Notes: a model not told the origin generated them from the sequence alone. A DNA stretch of 64,000 bases from Candidatus Freyarchaeum deiterrae (GCA_037305845.1 CP147778.1:3168001-3232000); one strand, 5' to 3'; shown: positions 30,903 through 41,281, numbered from the stretch's first letter. Program-made: numbers and translations.

Positions 30903-31212
30903 ATTTCTTTCCTCCACATATCTTCATTCCTATTCTTTTTAAAAAAAGTTGAAGTTTATAAACCTTTTTAAATATGCTTAAAATTTTTAAGCTAAACAAA
31001 TTGTCGGCACCTTTCTTGAAGGGTTTGGACACGTAATTTAAAGAGATTTTAGTATCGAAAAGGATGCTTCTTTTATAATTAAAAACTGTTTTTACTTTAT
31101 TCAAAAAGATACTTGAAACGAAGAGCTTTACTCGCTTCAAGTTTTTGATTCAAAAAAAAGAATATTTAAAAAATAGTATGTAGCTAAAATATTAGTTACG
31201 CAAAGAGATCAT

Positions 31213-31416
31213 TTATTTCTTCTTTGGCTTTGATGGCTTTGCAGGTGCTCCTGCTGGCTTTGGTGGCATTGCTGCCGGTTTTGGTGGCATTGCTGCCGGT
31301 TTGGCAGGACCCATTGCACCGGGTTTGGCACCCATTTTGTGATCCATTCCTTGGTGCTTCTTTAACTCGTCTGGAGTCTTGAACATTTTACCACATTGTG
31401 GACATTTTATGGACAT
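31213..31416 (-). CDS. Small C2H2 zinc-finger protein with Pro/Ala/Lys-rich tail
   Basis: CPQCGKMFKTPDELKKHQGMDH; GGAGGAG RBS before ATG 31416; 21-nt tandem repeat encoding PAAMPPK. Confidence 0.8.
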   Translation of the reverse strand: MSIKCPQCGKMFKTPDELKKHQGMDHKMGAKPGAMGPAKPAAMPPKPAAMPPKPAGAPAKPSKPKKK

Positions 31417-31636
31417 TTGTTCTCCTCCAATTATATATTTTAGATTCATTAATTCCTTTATTGCTTATAAATATTTTTATATAAACAATATTATTAAAAT
31501 AATAAAAAAAAGATATAAAGAGAACATTGTTACAAAACAAGCCAAATGCAAAACGGAAACCCCCCCAAACTTTAGGAAAAGCTTTAGATTAAATTTCAAG
31601 AACATATTTATAGTAATAATTTTTCACCGTTGAGGT

Positions 31637-33016
31637 TTGATTATTTTGAGACTTCAGTTCCTTGGCGCTACAAGAACAGTAACCGGTTCGCTTCACCTTT
31701 TGGAAACCGATGGTAAAAAAATACTCCTAGATTGCGGACTTTTTCAAGGAAATAAGGAGCTTTGGGAAAGAAACAATTTGTTCAACTTTAACCCAAAAGA
31801 TATAGACTATGTACTTATCTCCCACGGCCACATAGACCACTGCGGAAGACTCCCACTCCTAGTTAACAGAGGCTTTAACGGGAAAATATACGCCACACAC
31901 GCAACAGCCGACCTCTGCTCAATCCTCCTAAAAGACGCTGCAAAAATTGAGGAACTTGACACCGAAAGGGAAAATGCTTACAGAATCAGTAAAGGTTTGT
32001 CACCGTTCAAACCCCTCTTCAATGAGAGTGACGTTGATAAATGCTCTAAAATGCTACAAGGAGTCGACTACGACCGTGTGGTAAAACTCGACAACGGAGT
32101 AGAGGTAGCTTTCAAGGATGCGGGTCATATCCTCGGCTCAGCCATAATAGAAATCTGGGCTGAAGGATTAAAAACAGTTTACAGCGGAGACCTCGGAAGA
32201 CCGGGAATGCCCATTCTACGCGACCCTTCAACCATAGACTCCGCCGACTACCTCATACTCGAGTCAACATACGGTTCACAAAAACACCCACCATACCCAC
32301 CAACAATAGACCAGATTAAGCATATTATCCTTGAGGTTTACCGAAGGGGAAGCAAACTCCTAATTCCCGCATTCTCCATAGGGAAAACACAAACAATAAT
32401 TTACATTCTCAACCAGCTTGTGGAAAACAATCAAATCCCTACAATCCCAGTCTACGTAGACTCCCCCCTAGCTATTGACGCCACAGAAATCTTCAGCAAA
32501 CACCCCGAATGCTACGACGCCGAATTCAAAGCCCTCCTCAAATCCGGAGACGACCCACTAGTCTTCAGAGGACTAAAATACGTAAGAGGAGAAGAAGAAT
32601 CCTATGATATTTCACACAGGAGAGAACCAAGCATCATTATAGCAGCTTCAGGAATGTGCAACGGCGGAAGAATAAAACACCACCTAGAGCGGCACATATC
32701 CGACCCCTACTCCACTTTACTTTTCGTAGGATACCAAGCCAGTGGAACCCTGGGCAGAGAGCTCATTGAGGGTAGAAAAACTGTGGCGATATATGGGAAG
32801 AGTCATCCCGTAAAAATTAGAGTGGAATCCCTCCAAGGGTTAAGCGCCCACGCCGACAAAACAGATCTCCTAACCTGGTTCAAAAAAATAAAGGGACTCA
32901 AAGAAGTGTTTCTAGTCCACGGAGACTACGAGGAGTCCTCTGCATTAGCAAAGGACATTAGCACAAAAAATCGGGTAAGGGTACCCCAACCGGGTGAAAT
33001 GGTAAAACTTTCCTAA
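31637..33016 (+). CDS. MBL-fold beta-CASP ribonuclease
   Basis: HGHIDH, AGHILGS, SGDLG, LESTYG, ASGMC.GG, SAHAD, LVHGD. Confidence 0.93.
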   Translation: MIILRLQFLGATRTVTGSLHLLETDGKKILLDCGLFQGNKELWERNNLFNFNPKDIDYVLISHGHIDHCGRLPLLVNRGFNGKIYATHATADLCSILLKDAAKIEELDTERENAYRISKGLSPFKPLFNESDVDKCSKMLQGVDYDRVVKLDNGVEVAFKDAGHILGSAIIEIWAEGLKTVYSGDLGRPGMPILRDPSTIDSADYLILESTYGSQKHPPYPPTIDQIKHIILEVYRRGSKLLIPAFSIGKTQTIIYILNQLVENNQIPTIPVYVDSPLAIDATEIFSKHPECYDAEFKALLKSGDDPLVFRGLKYVRGEEESYDISHRREPSIIIAASGMCNGGRIKHHLERHISDPYSTLLFVGYQASGTLGRELIEGRKTVAIYGKSHPVKIRVESLQGLSAHADKTDLLTWFKKIKGLKEVFLVHGDYEESSALAKDISTKNRVRVPQPGEMVKLS

Positions 33017-33732
33017 ACTCTCCTTTTTCTCAGGCATCCCACCAAGCAGATTTCCAAAGTACTAAACTGTCAGACATCCAAAGGTCTATTAAAGAATTCA
33101 GCTATTTAAATAGTAGTAGGCGAGATTTACTTATCTAAAAAGAGGGGCTAGTTTCATTTCACCGTTTTGATTTGAATAATAAGAGAGGTTCGCTCAGAGA
33201 GCTGAATCAAATGATCGTATTAGATTGTCCAATCAGAGAATAATGAGCAACACAGTCCCTTCATCCACTAAAAAGAGGAAGGGTTCCCTTGAGCGAATTA
33301 TAAAACTATATGGACTTTTCTGACCAAGCATATATATATTTAGTACAGAAATCCAGAACCGCAACTCACTCCAACAGCTCTTCTCCTATCTTGTTTAAAA
33401 GTAGCAAGAGCAACTTAAGATCGTCGGGCTTGAATTGAGGGGGTATGACCAGCATTCCTTCTCACATGTACCCAGTTGGAAGGTGAAAACACCAGCAATT
33501 CTCTCCCAACACAAAATTTATTAGAACAGTAGAAAATACATAAAAAACAAAGTAAAAATATGGCACAATTGAATATTTATCTCTTAAAAAGGGCGTTGAA
33601 CAACAAACAACCGTTACCGAAACCAACGGAACGGAACGAACGAGGAGAGAAAGGAGGAATAATAAACTGAACCAGACACTCCCACTCTTTCTCAGGTTCA
33701 CAGACGCATAGATGAGGAGCAGAAGAAAGGGA

Positions 33733-33793
33733 AGAGGGAAACAATGACTCCAAAACATACTAACTAACTAATGGTATTGGAGCCTTGCCCTCT
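33733..33793 (+). promoter_or_regulatory. Conserved hairpin upstream of surface-protein gene 1
   Basis: AGAGGG/CCCTCT, CAA.G/C.TTG and CTCCAA/TTGGAG stems; same structure at 54616-54667. Confidence 0.45.
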
Positions 33794-33844
33794 GTAGAAA
33801 CTTAATTGTTTCTCCTACTAAAAAATAATCAAATGAAAATATGA

Positions 33845-36526
33845 GTGAAAACAATGAAAAGCATCAAGGTAAATAAGAAAGCCTTAAAGATAGCAGCAGT
33901 CTTAGCAGCAGTTCTCCTCACAGCAACAATCCTCACCGCAGTAACCACAACCACAATCCAAAGCCAGAACCAAAACACGTATCCGCTCATCAACTTATAC
34001 CTTCAGGGAGTCCCCCAAAGCCCTAACAACGCCATCATTCTACCAAAGATGGACCTGGACCACACCCAAACATTGAACGGGAGTGTCTACACCCAAACGA
34101 TGAACGTAACTAAGAGCAACATAGTCATAAATGGAAACGGGTCCACCATACAGGGCCCCGGAACTGGATCCGGGTACGGCTTCAACTTAACAGGCGTAAG
34201 CAACGTAACCATCTTTAACGTCACAGTCAAAGGATGGCAATACGGCTTCTACCTATACCAAAGCTCGAACAACACTCTTACAAGTAACAACGCAAACAAC
34301 AACAACGACGGCGGTTTCTACCTGTCCGTTAGCTCGAACAACAATTTTACAAATAACACCGCGAACAACAACAACTTCGGCTTCTGGATAAATTCCAGTT
34401 CGAACAACAATTTTACAAATAACACCGCAAACAACAACGCCGCCTACGGCTTCAAACTATGGTTCAGCTCTTACAATACTCTTTCGGGTAACACCGCAAA
34501 CAATAACACCAACTTGAACGGCTTCGAAGTGTACGAAGGCTCGAACAACAATTTTACGAGTAACACCGCGAACAACAACAACTGGGACGGCTTCGAAGTG
34601 TACGAAGGCTCGAACAACAATTTTACGAGTAACACCGCGAACAACAACAACTGGGACGGCTTCTACCTGTCCGGCAGCTCGAACAACACTTTTACGGGTA
34701 ACACTGCCACCAACAACACTAGAGACGGCTTCTTCCTATTCTCCAGCTACATAGGCTATAGCTCGAACAACAATCTTACGAATAACACAGCAACCAACAA
34801 CGGCTACTACGGCTTCTACCTAAACTCCAGCTCGAACAACAATCTTTCGGGTAACACCGCCACAAACAACAGCTGGTACGGCTTTTATTTGAATACTTAT
34901 TCTAACGGTAATAACCTTCTGGGTAACACTGCTTTAAACTGTACGACTGGAGGATACTACTGGACTGTTGACTGTATCAATAATGATTTTATGGGTAGCG
35001 TGGAGGCGTACTATCTTCGTGTGAACGTCGCCAATGCTCTGGGCTCCCCTATTTCTGGCGCGGACGTTAATGTTGTGACTGATGGAACAAGTGTGTATCG
35101 CTCGTCTTACTTTGGTGGTACAAACAGCACAACCGACTCTAACGGTGTTACCCCCTGGATTGCAGTCGCCTACAGGACATTCATAACAAGCGATACCATG
35201 ATTACGAACACCACACAGGCTACCGTGTACTATCATGGGCTCATCGCAGGAAGCAACCCTAGGGTAGTAAACATGTCCACATCACACGTGGAAACCTTCT
35301 TCTTGGACACCACAGCGCCCACGGTGAGCATCACCTCACCCACCAATGGTGCGATGCTTAACACTGGCAGTGTCACAGTCACGTGGACTGTTAGCGCCCC
35401 CTCGATAGTAGATCACTACGCGGTCAGAATCGACGGACTCAGCTGGACCAATGTGAGTACGAGCACCAGCCACAATTTCAGCGGTCTCTCAGATAGCTCT
35501 CACACCGTTGATGTTAGGGTCTTTGACCTTACTGGTAACAACGCCACCGCCTCAGTGTCCTTCACCGTGGACACCACTCCGCCTATAGTGAGTATAACCT
35601 CACCCACCAATGGTAAGCTGTTTAACACTAGCGGTGTCACGGTCAATTGGACTGGCAGCGACGCCCTCTCGGGCATAGCCTACTTTGAGGTCAGAATTGA
35701 CGGCGGTACTTGGCTCAATGTATCAGCGAGTCTCAGCTACACTTTCACCAGTGTCTCAAGCGGTACCCACTCCGTGGATGTCAGGGCCTTCGACCTGGCG
35801 GGTAACAACGCCACCGCCTCAGTGTCCTTCACCGTGGACACCGCCGCGCCCACAGTGACTATCACCTCACCCAACAATGGTGCGATGCTTAACACTGGCA
35901 GTGTCACAGTCACTTGGACTGTTAGCGTCCCCTCGATAGTAGATCACTACGCGGTCAGAATCGACGGACTCAGCTGGACTAATGTGAGTACGAGCACCAG
36001 CCACAATTTCAGCGGTTTCTCAGACGGCTCCCACACCGTGTATGTCAGGGTCTTCGACCTGGCGGGTAACAACGCCACCGCCTCAGCGACCTTCACAGTA
36101 GACACTACTCCGCCTACGGTGACCATAACCTCTCCCAGCAATAGTACGCTGTTTAATACTAGTAGTGTTACGGTGAACTGGACTGGCAGCGACACCGGCG
36201 GTACGGGTATAAGCTACTGCGATGTCAGAATTGACAACGGCTCCTGGAGCAACATGGGAACGAGTACCAGCTACACGTTCAGCGGCTTGTTTGACGGTCT
36301 TCACACCGTTGATGTTAGGGCCTGGGACAATGCTGGTAACAGCGCCACCACATCAGTGAACTTCACCGTGGCTTCGGGGCAACCGGCACCATCTCTGATA
36401 CTGCTGTCGTTGGCTGGAACGCAGGGAGGAGGCACCAGTCCGCTGGTTTATGCTGCTTTGGGTGTCGTGGGTGTGGTTGTAGTGGCTGCTGGTTTGGTCC
36501 ACTTCTTCCGCAGAGTGAAAGCTTAA
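33845..36526 (+). CDS. Membrane-anchored surface glycoprotein: NosD/right-handed beta-helix plus four Ig-like repeats
   Basis: N-terminal hydrophobic signal, ~23-aa GFxL..SSNN.L..NTA.NN repeats, four DT..P.V.ITSP modules, C-terminal TM + RRVKA. Confidence 0.9.
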   Translation: MKTMKSIKVNKKALKIAAVLAAVLLTATILTAVTTTTIQSQNQNTYPLINLYLQGVPQSPNNAIILPKMDLDHTQTLNGSVYTQTMNVTKSNIVINGNGSTIQGPGTGSGYGFNLTGVSNVTIFNVTVKGWQYGFYLYQSSNNTLTSNNANNNNDGGFYLSVSSNNNFTNNTANNNNFGFWINSSSNNNFTNNTANNNAAYGFKLWFSSYNTLSGNTANNNTNLNGFEVYEGSNNNFTSNTANNNNWDGFEVYEGSNNNFTSNTANNNNWDGFYLSGSSNNTFTGNTATNNTRDGFFLFSSYIGYSSNNNLTNNTATNNGYYGFYLNSSSNNNLSGNTATNNSWYGFYLNTYSNGNNLLGNTALNCTTGGYYWTVDCINNDFMGSVEAYYLRVNVANALGSPISGADVNVVTDGTSVYRSSYFGGTNSTTDSNGVTPWIAVAYRTFITSDTMITNTTQATVYYHGLIAGSNPRVVNMSTSHVETFFLDTTAPTVSITSPTNGAMLNTGSVTVTWTVSAPSIVDHYAVRIDGLSWTNVSTSTSHNFSGLSDSSHTVDVRVFDLTGNNATASVSFTVDTTPPIVSITSPTNGKLFNTSGVTVNWTGSDALSGIAYFEVRIDGGTWLNVSASLSYTFTSVSSGTHSVDVRAFDLAGNNATASVSFTVDTAAPTVTITSPNNGAMLNTGSVTVTWTVSVPSIVDHYAVRIDGLSWTNVSTSTSHNFSGFSDGSHTVYVRVFDLAGNNATASATFTVDTTPPTVTITSPSNSTLFNTSSVTVNWTGSDTGGTGISYCDVRIDNGSWSNMGTSTSYTFSGLFDGLHTVDVRAWDNAGNSATTSVNFTVASGQPAPSLILLSLAGTQGGGTSPLVYAALGVVGVVVVAAGLVHFFRRVKA
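34518..34663 (+). repeat. Exact 69-bp intragenic tandem duplication
   Basis: Unit starts at 34518 and 34587 and encodes GFEVYEGSNNNFTSNTANNNNWD twice. Confidence 0.95.
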
Positions 36527-36754
36527 AATGGGGTCTGGAGGGCTCTCGGCCGATTGTTCGGCGGTCTTGCCTCGGCTCCTCCTTTTTTGTTTATGTATTG
36601 GTGTCGAAAGCAGCACTAGGAAAAATAAGTATAAGGTCTATGTGTGGGTTACTCTTTTGTTTCGGCTTTCAGGTTTTCTTTTTGTTTGATATTACCAAAA
36701 CATTTTATTAGGTGTATTAAATATAATAACCAAAACTCGTTTCTGGTGGGAATT

Positions 36755-37267
36755 ATGGACGTTTTGAAAGCTATAGAGGATAGACGGAGTATAAGAGATT
36801 ATGTTGAGAAAATTCCGAGTGAGGAAGTCGTATACTCCATAATCGAGTCGGGTAGACTAGCTCCCTCGGCTGGAAACAGGCAGCCTCTTAGGTTTGTTGT
36901 TGTCTGGGACAGGGAAAAAATTATAAAAATAGCTAATGTTTCGATGAACTTTCTGAAAAAAGTAGGGGTAATAATGGTAGGAGTGGCGGATCCCAAACTG
37001 TCTCCCAAATGGTACCCAGTGGATCTTGGAATAGCTTTTGAACACATGGTTCTGGCAGCTCAGGCTCAGGGACTGGGAACCTGCTGGATAGGTGCCTTCG
37101 ACGAAGAATCGGTCAAAAAAATTTTGGAAATACCTAAGGATGTAACTATAGTGGCTTTGCTGGGAGTAGGATATCCCAGATTAAAACCCAATCCAACGTC
37201 GAGGAAAAAGATGGAGGAAATAGCCTGCCGAGACCAATGGAACAATCCCTACACTAAAAAATATTAG
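36755..37267 (+). CDS. Nitroreductase family protein
   Basis: RRSIRDY, LAPSAGNRQP, GLGTCWIG, VGYP. Confidence 0.92.
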   Translation: MDVLKAIEDRRSIRDYVEKIPSEEVVYSIIESGRLAPSAGNRQPLRFVVVWDREKIIKIANVSMNFLKKVGVIMVGVADPKLSPKWYPVDLGIAFEHMVLAAQAQGLGTCWIGAFDEESVKKILEIPKDVTIVALLGVGYPRLKPNPTSRKKMEEIACRDQWNNPYTKKY

Positions 37268-37642
37268 AAAATTCAGCTATCGAAGCCACCATATTTCATG
37301 TTTTTTATTCTAAAATACTTTAAACGGGTGTTGTTTCCAAATTATATGTTTCAAGGCTTGAAAGAGGCGAATGTATAGTAAAATTTTTATTAGAGAAAAT
37401 AATAGTACGAAATCCAGAATAAGAATTAAAGATTTTTTTTGAAGTATTTACATATGAAAAAATGTATAATTTAGCAATATTAAAAGGTCTAAGAAACAGT
37501 TAAAAAAATATTATAAATAATGTAGAGAGACTCTCCAGCAATAATAGTGATTTGACTAGCTTTACGGAGTGAATTCGCGGGAGGATATTTGGTTTATCGG
37601 CTCTCTATTCCGAACTTCGTGTAACCGGAGAAGTGGTGTGAA

Positions 37643-38386
37643 ATGCCGCGTGAAAGAAAATGGTATGATTTAATGTCTGCGAAGTGGCTGCTTTGCGATT
37701 TTCACATTCATACAAAGATGAGCGATGGCAGTCTACTTTTAGAGGAAGTCGTGGATCTTTATGGACAAAAAGGATTCGATGTCATAAGTATCACTGACCA
37801 CATTTTGGACAAGGACTCATTCGAAGAATTGCAAAAGAAAAAACTACCAAAAGTCTCAATAACAAGAGAAGAGTTTCCGAACTATTTACGGCTCTTATGG
37901 AAAGAGGCTAAAAGGGCGTGGAAGGAATACAGAATGCTACTTATCCCCGCAGTAGAAATAACAAACAATCTAAAAGAGTTCCATATCCTCGCCATTGACG
38001 TAAAGGAATACATCGAACCGGAATTACCCGTGGAGAAAATAGTTGAAGAGATTCACAGACAGGAAGCCATAGCTGTGGCCTGCCACCCACAACGTAAGGA
38101 AACAGATCAGGGCCAGCCCTATATTCACCTCTGGAAAAACCATGAAAAATATGCAAACCTCTTTGATGCCTGGGAAGTAGCTAACCGTGATGACCTTTTC
38201 AACTTTGTCAGCCTACAGAAATACAATTACATGGCAAACTCGGATTTCCACGACCGAGAGCATATTCACTCCTGGAAGACCCTAATAAGAGCTGAGAAAA
38301 ACACTGAAGCAGTAAAAGCCGCAATCCGGGAGAATAAAGAAATAGCCATCTACCTGTTTAGAAAAAACAAGCAAATCAAAGAGTAA
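37643..38386 (+). CDS. PHP domain phosphoesterase
   Basis: DFHIHT..SDG, ITDH, ACHP, NSDFH. Confidence 0.9.
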   Translation: MPRERKWYDLMSAKWLLCDFHIHTKMSDGSLLLEEVVDLYGQKGFDVISITDHILDKDSFEELQKKKLPKVSITREEFPNYLRLLWKEAKRAWKEYRMLLIPAVEITNNLKEFHILAIDVKEYIEPELPVEKIVEEIHRQEAIAVACHPQRKETDQGQPYIHLWKNHEKYANLFDAWEVANRDDLFNFVSLQKYNYMANSDFHDREHIHSWKTLIRAEKNTEAVKAAIRENKEIAIYLFRKNKQIKE

Positions 38387-38525
38387 AATCCTAATAAGAG
38401 AAAACTGGTAATCCTAGTGTCCCTCCCCAAATTATGACTCACATCTGAAACCTTTATGTAGAGTATCTCGGGCTCTTTCTGGTTGGTTTTGATTCCTTTA
38501 ACTCTTTCATAACGATAATAATTTT

Positions 38526-39188
38526 TTAGTCCATCCATACGGTGCTCTCCTCTGGGTCAGGTCGGGGTGTAGCCGGTGGTATCTTCAACGGATACCCGAT
38601 TAAACAGCCGTTTAATCCGAATTTTCCCGGTTGAATGCCTAAAATTTTGCAAAATTCGCCATTATTAGACAGTTGTTCGGTGGCAGATATCAGTTCAAAT
38701 CCAAGTCCCAGAGCGGTGGCCTTGAGCCACATGTTCTCTAAACAGTGAGCAATTGACCACTGCTCTACTGGCATTGGTCCTTTTTCCTCTGCAACTATAA
38801 TGAAGTAGGGGGCTTCTCCTAAATTTGGAATCCCATTTTCGCTCCTTGCTTTCAGAAGTTTAATGAGCGCCTGTGATGTTTTTTCAATTTGTGGATTTTT
38901 TTCTACCATTTCTTTGACGGCCGTGTAGGCTCTCTTAACTTGATTGTTCATAAGAGTTACAATTTCTTTCCGGGCTTTTCCACCTTTTTTAATCACAAAA
39001 AATCGTCGGAAATCACTCTCAGGATCTACCACGAGTGGGGCAAATGGTGCTAACATTCCAGCACGGATTATACTCTTAATATCTTCTTCCGGCGGGACTT
39101 CTGGTTTAAAAGATCTGACAGAACGTCTTGATTCAATTACCTCGTCAATCATCCTATTGCATTCCTCATTAAAACCATATTCTGACAC
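38526..39188 (-). CDS. Nitroreductase family protein
   Basis: RRSVRSF, MLAP, ENMWLKATALGLG, IGYP. Confidence 0.9.
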   Translation of the reverse strand: MSEYGFNEECNRMIDEVIESRRSVRSFKPEVPPEEDIKSIIRAGMLAPFAPLVVDPESDFRRFFVIKKGGKARKEIVTLMNNQVKRAYTAVKEMVEKNPQIEKTSQALIKLLKARSENGIPNLGEAPYFIIVAEEKGPMPVEQWSIAHCLENMWLKATALGLGFELISATEQLSNNGEFCKILGIQPGKFGLNGCLIGYPLKIPPATPRPDPEESTVWMD

Positions 39189-39481
39189 TTTTTCACCCCT
39201 TAAAAAACTGTATTGATAAAATAGACTACAGTTCATATATTTTTTTGGCTTTAGTGGGCATTCGTAAGGGCTTCTCTTTTTTAGCTTGGAAGACTTGAGA
39301 TTTGTTTGTTTGTCTTTTTTTATACATTAAAATTTTAAGTAGTTTTTTATTTATTTAATAAAAATTATACCAGAATTTAGAATAGGAAGGATATGGGTCA
39401 ATTCTTCGAAAAAGTTTTTTATATTAAGCCAGCTAATCTGGCACAATATGGAGGCTAAATATTATTGGAGGAGTTGGCAAA

Positions 39482-39820
39482 ATGAGTGAAGTCGATTTAT
39501 CTGAGTTTAAAATGTTGGAGAAGGCACCCTACGAAGAACCGAATCCTCGAACATTGACAGAGATTTACATTAGCAAAGCAAAATTGGTGGAAAAAGACTA
39601 CGGGAAAATATTCACCACAAGGTACATAGAATTCGCACTTCAATTCTTGGCTGAAAAAATCGGTATAGAACCGCCGCAAAATATAGAAACTTTGGACCAG
39701 TTGACAGAATATTTAATCTCAAAGATCGACGTGTACCCCAAACCCTACTGCGCAGTTGTGTACTCCCAGTTCAAGGTGGATCATGAGGCTCTGCAGATTC
39801 TTAAAAGAAGCATATTCTGA
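39482..39820 (+). pseudogene. C-terminally truncated member of the array protein family
   Basis: EFKMLEKAPY, YGKIFT, IETLDQL.EYL, YP...AV.YSQFKV align with the array N-terminal half; the Cys domain is absent. Confidence 0.7.
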
Positions 39821-40023
39821 GCGAAGGATTCCCAAACTAACTAGTACAAAATTTTGGAGTACTCCTTTTTCATTAATAGTACTCCTCATTTTTTTAGAGA
39901 CCACAAGTACTGGTTAAATTTATCGTTTCTATCTTTTTTATTTTGAAAATAAAGTTTGAAAAATCGGTTTAGAAAAATAAATTGTTTAGGCGTTTTGGAA
40001 AATAACTCTGATATCATGTCCTC

Positions 40024-41280
40024 TTATTTTCTGTAGACTCCATATTTTTTGGTTACTTCAGTCATTGCTTTGACGTTTTCTAGTTTTGCTTCGTCCGGTA
40101 TTCCGGATACCGCTCCTTCCATTATGAAACCTCCGCCTTCGCCTACGATGTTGATGAGTTTCTTACAGTATTCCTCCATTTGCGCTGGAGTACCGGCAAC
40201 AAATAGTGATGCAGGTATGTTTCCTTTAAGGCAGATTCTATCTCCGATTTCCTCCTTTGCCTTAAAAATGTCAGTTCTATCCAGCCAGGCTATAGTTTTT
40301 CCTTTAGGTAACTCCTTCAAGTATTCCAGACGTGGTCCATAGTCACCCTCGAAGAAGGGCATGGGCTGCAGTCCAGCATTAACCAGGTCGAGTAGTATCT
40401 TTTTGAGGCTGGGCCAATAGAATTCTTCAAACTGTTTATTAGACATGAATCCCGCAGCGCCACGATGAAGAGGAATGAATATTCTTTTATTACTAGTAAA
40501 TTGAGTCTGAAATTTCACGCTTTCCGTTTGGTAGGGCTCTAACAAATCTATCAGGTGCTTTAGGTCTTCAGGGTTTCTATACATGTCGAGCATTGTACCC
40601 CGCATTCCTCTCAAGAATTCTGAAACCAAGTCGAAGGGCGCTTGAGTAATAGCAGCAAGCTGCATAGGATAACCCAGATTTTTCATCTCGGCTTCATAAC
40701 CAAAACTTACACCTAACCATTGCATAGTAGCTTGGCTCGCTGTTTTCATATCTTCCATAAACTGAACAAATGGAGGTTGAGCCATCAGCATGGGGATCGT
40801 AAACATTGAATTATAGCTTACAAATGAATTGCTTTCGGGAAGTGTCTGGAAAGCTTCAAAGATTCCGAAAGTCCGCGGGAGCCACTTTTTGTTTATAAAC
40901 TTGTCAGTATTTTCGAAGAATTCTTTGTATTCTTCAGCCTTCATGTATTCACCTTCAACAAATTGGAAGGGTAAATTGTCTGGAAGATCTATTCCAGGAG
41001 CCCTGAGTATTTTAGCCTTCATTGCCTTTAACGCTGGTCCCGAAAAAATAGGTAACATCGAGGGAGCTATATCCCAATCGAATTCCAAAACTGTTTCCTT
41101 GTAAGCAGCCGCGGTCCTAGCATGGTCAAACATTGCCTCCTTATTACTCATACCTTTGTAACGAGTAGGCCAAAAGTGTGTAAAGGGTGCAAGGGGAACT
41201 CTGTCTGGCTCCTTCAAGGCTACAGCGTCGTTCCACCGCTGTTCCCTCTCCTTATATAATTCCTCTACGTTTTTCGGCAT
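40024..41280 (-). CDS. Uroporphyrinogen decarboxylase-family (methylcobalamin-dependent methyltransferase-like) protein
   Basis: EPDRVP, APFD...FLRG, FEEFYWP, CLKGNIP, GGGFI; coupled to a corrinoid protein gene. Confidence 0.85.
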   Translation of the reverse strand: MPKNVEELYKEREQRWNDAVALKEPDRVPLAPFTHFWPTRYKGMSNKEAMFDHARTAAAYKETVLEFDWDIAPSMLPIFSGPALKAMKAKILRAPGIDLPDNLPFQFVEGEYMKAEEYKEFFENTDKFINKKWLPRTFGIFEAFQTLPESNSFVSYNSMFTIPMLMAQPPFVQFMEDMKTASQATMQWLGVSFGYEAEMKNLGYPMQLAAITQAPFDLVSEFLRGMRGTMLDMYRNPEDLKHLIDLLEPYQTESVKFQTQFTSNKRIFIPLHRGAAGFMSNKQFEEFYWPSLKKILLDLVNAGLQPMPFFEGDYGPRLEYLKELPKGKTIAWLDRTDIFKAKEEIGDRICLKGNIPASLFVAGTPAQMEEYCKKLINIVGEGGGFIMEGAVSGIPDEAKLENVKAMTEVTKKYGVYRK

Positions 41281-41281
41281 T

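Noticed and set aside
30886-31140. 84-aa minus-strand ORF, and similar AT-rich ORFs at 13477, 31379, 43922 and 44952
   Set aside because: F/K/I/L-rich composition typical of non-coding AT-rich DNA; they overlap promoter regions of better-supported genes.
33189-33297. TTCGCTCA...TGAGCGAA inverted repeat enclosing a CCCTTC/GAAGGG stem
   Set aside because: Single occurrence of an 8-bp repeat with no target duplication or second copy; compatible with chance.
33733-33793. SECIS element
   Set aside because: No in-frame UGA selenoprotein candidate nearby, and the geometry does not fit the archaeal GAA/A motif.
34240-34940. AAC-rich repeats suggesting a diversity-generating retroelement template (also 55110-56200)
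   Set aside because: They are in-frame Asn ladders of beta-helix coils. There is no reverse transcriptase and no non-coding template/variable pair with adenine-only mismatches.
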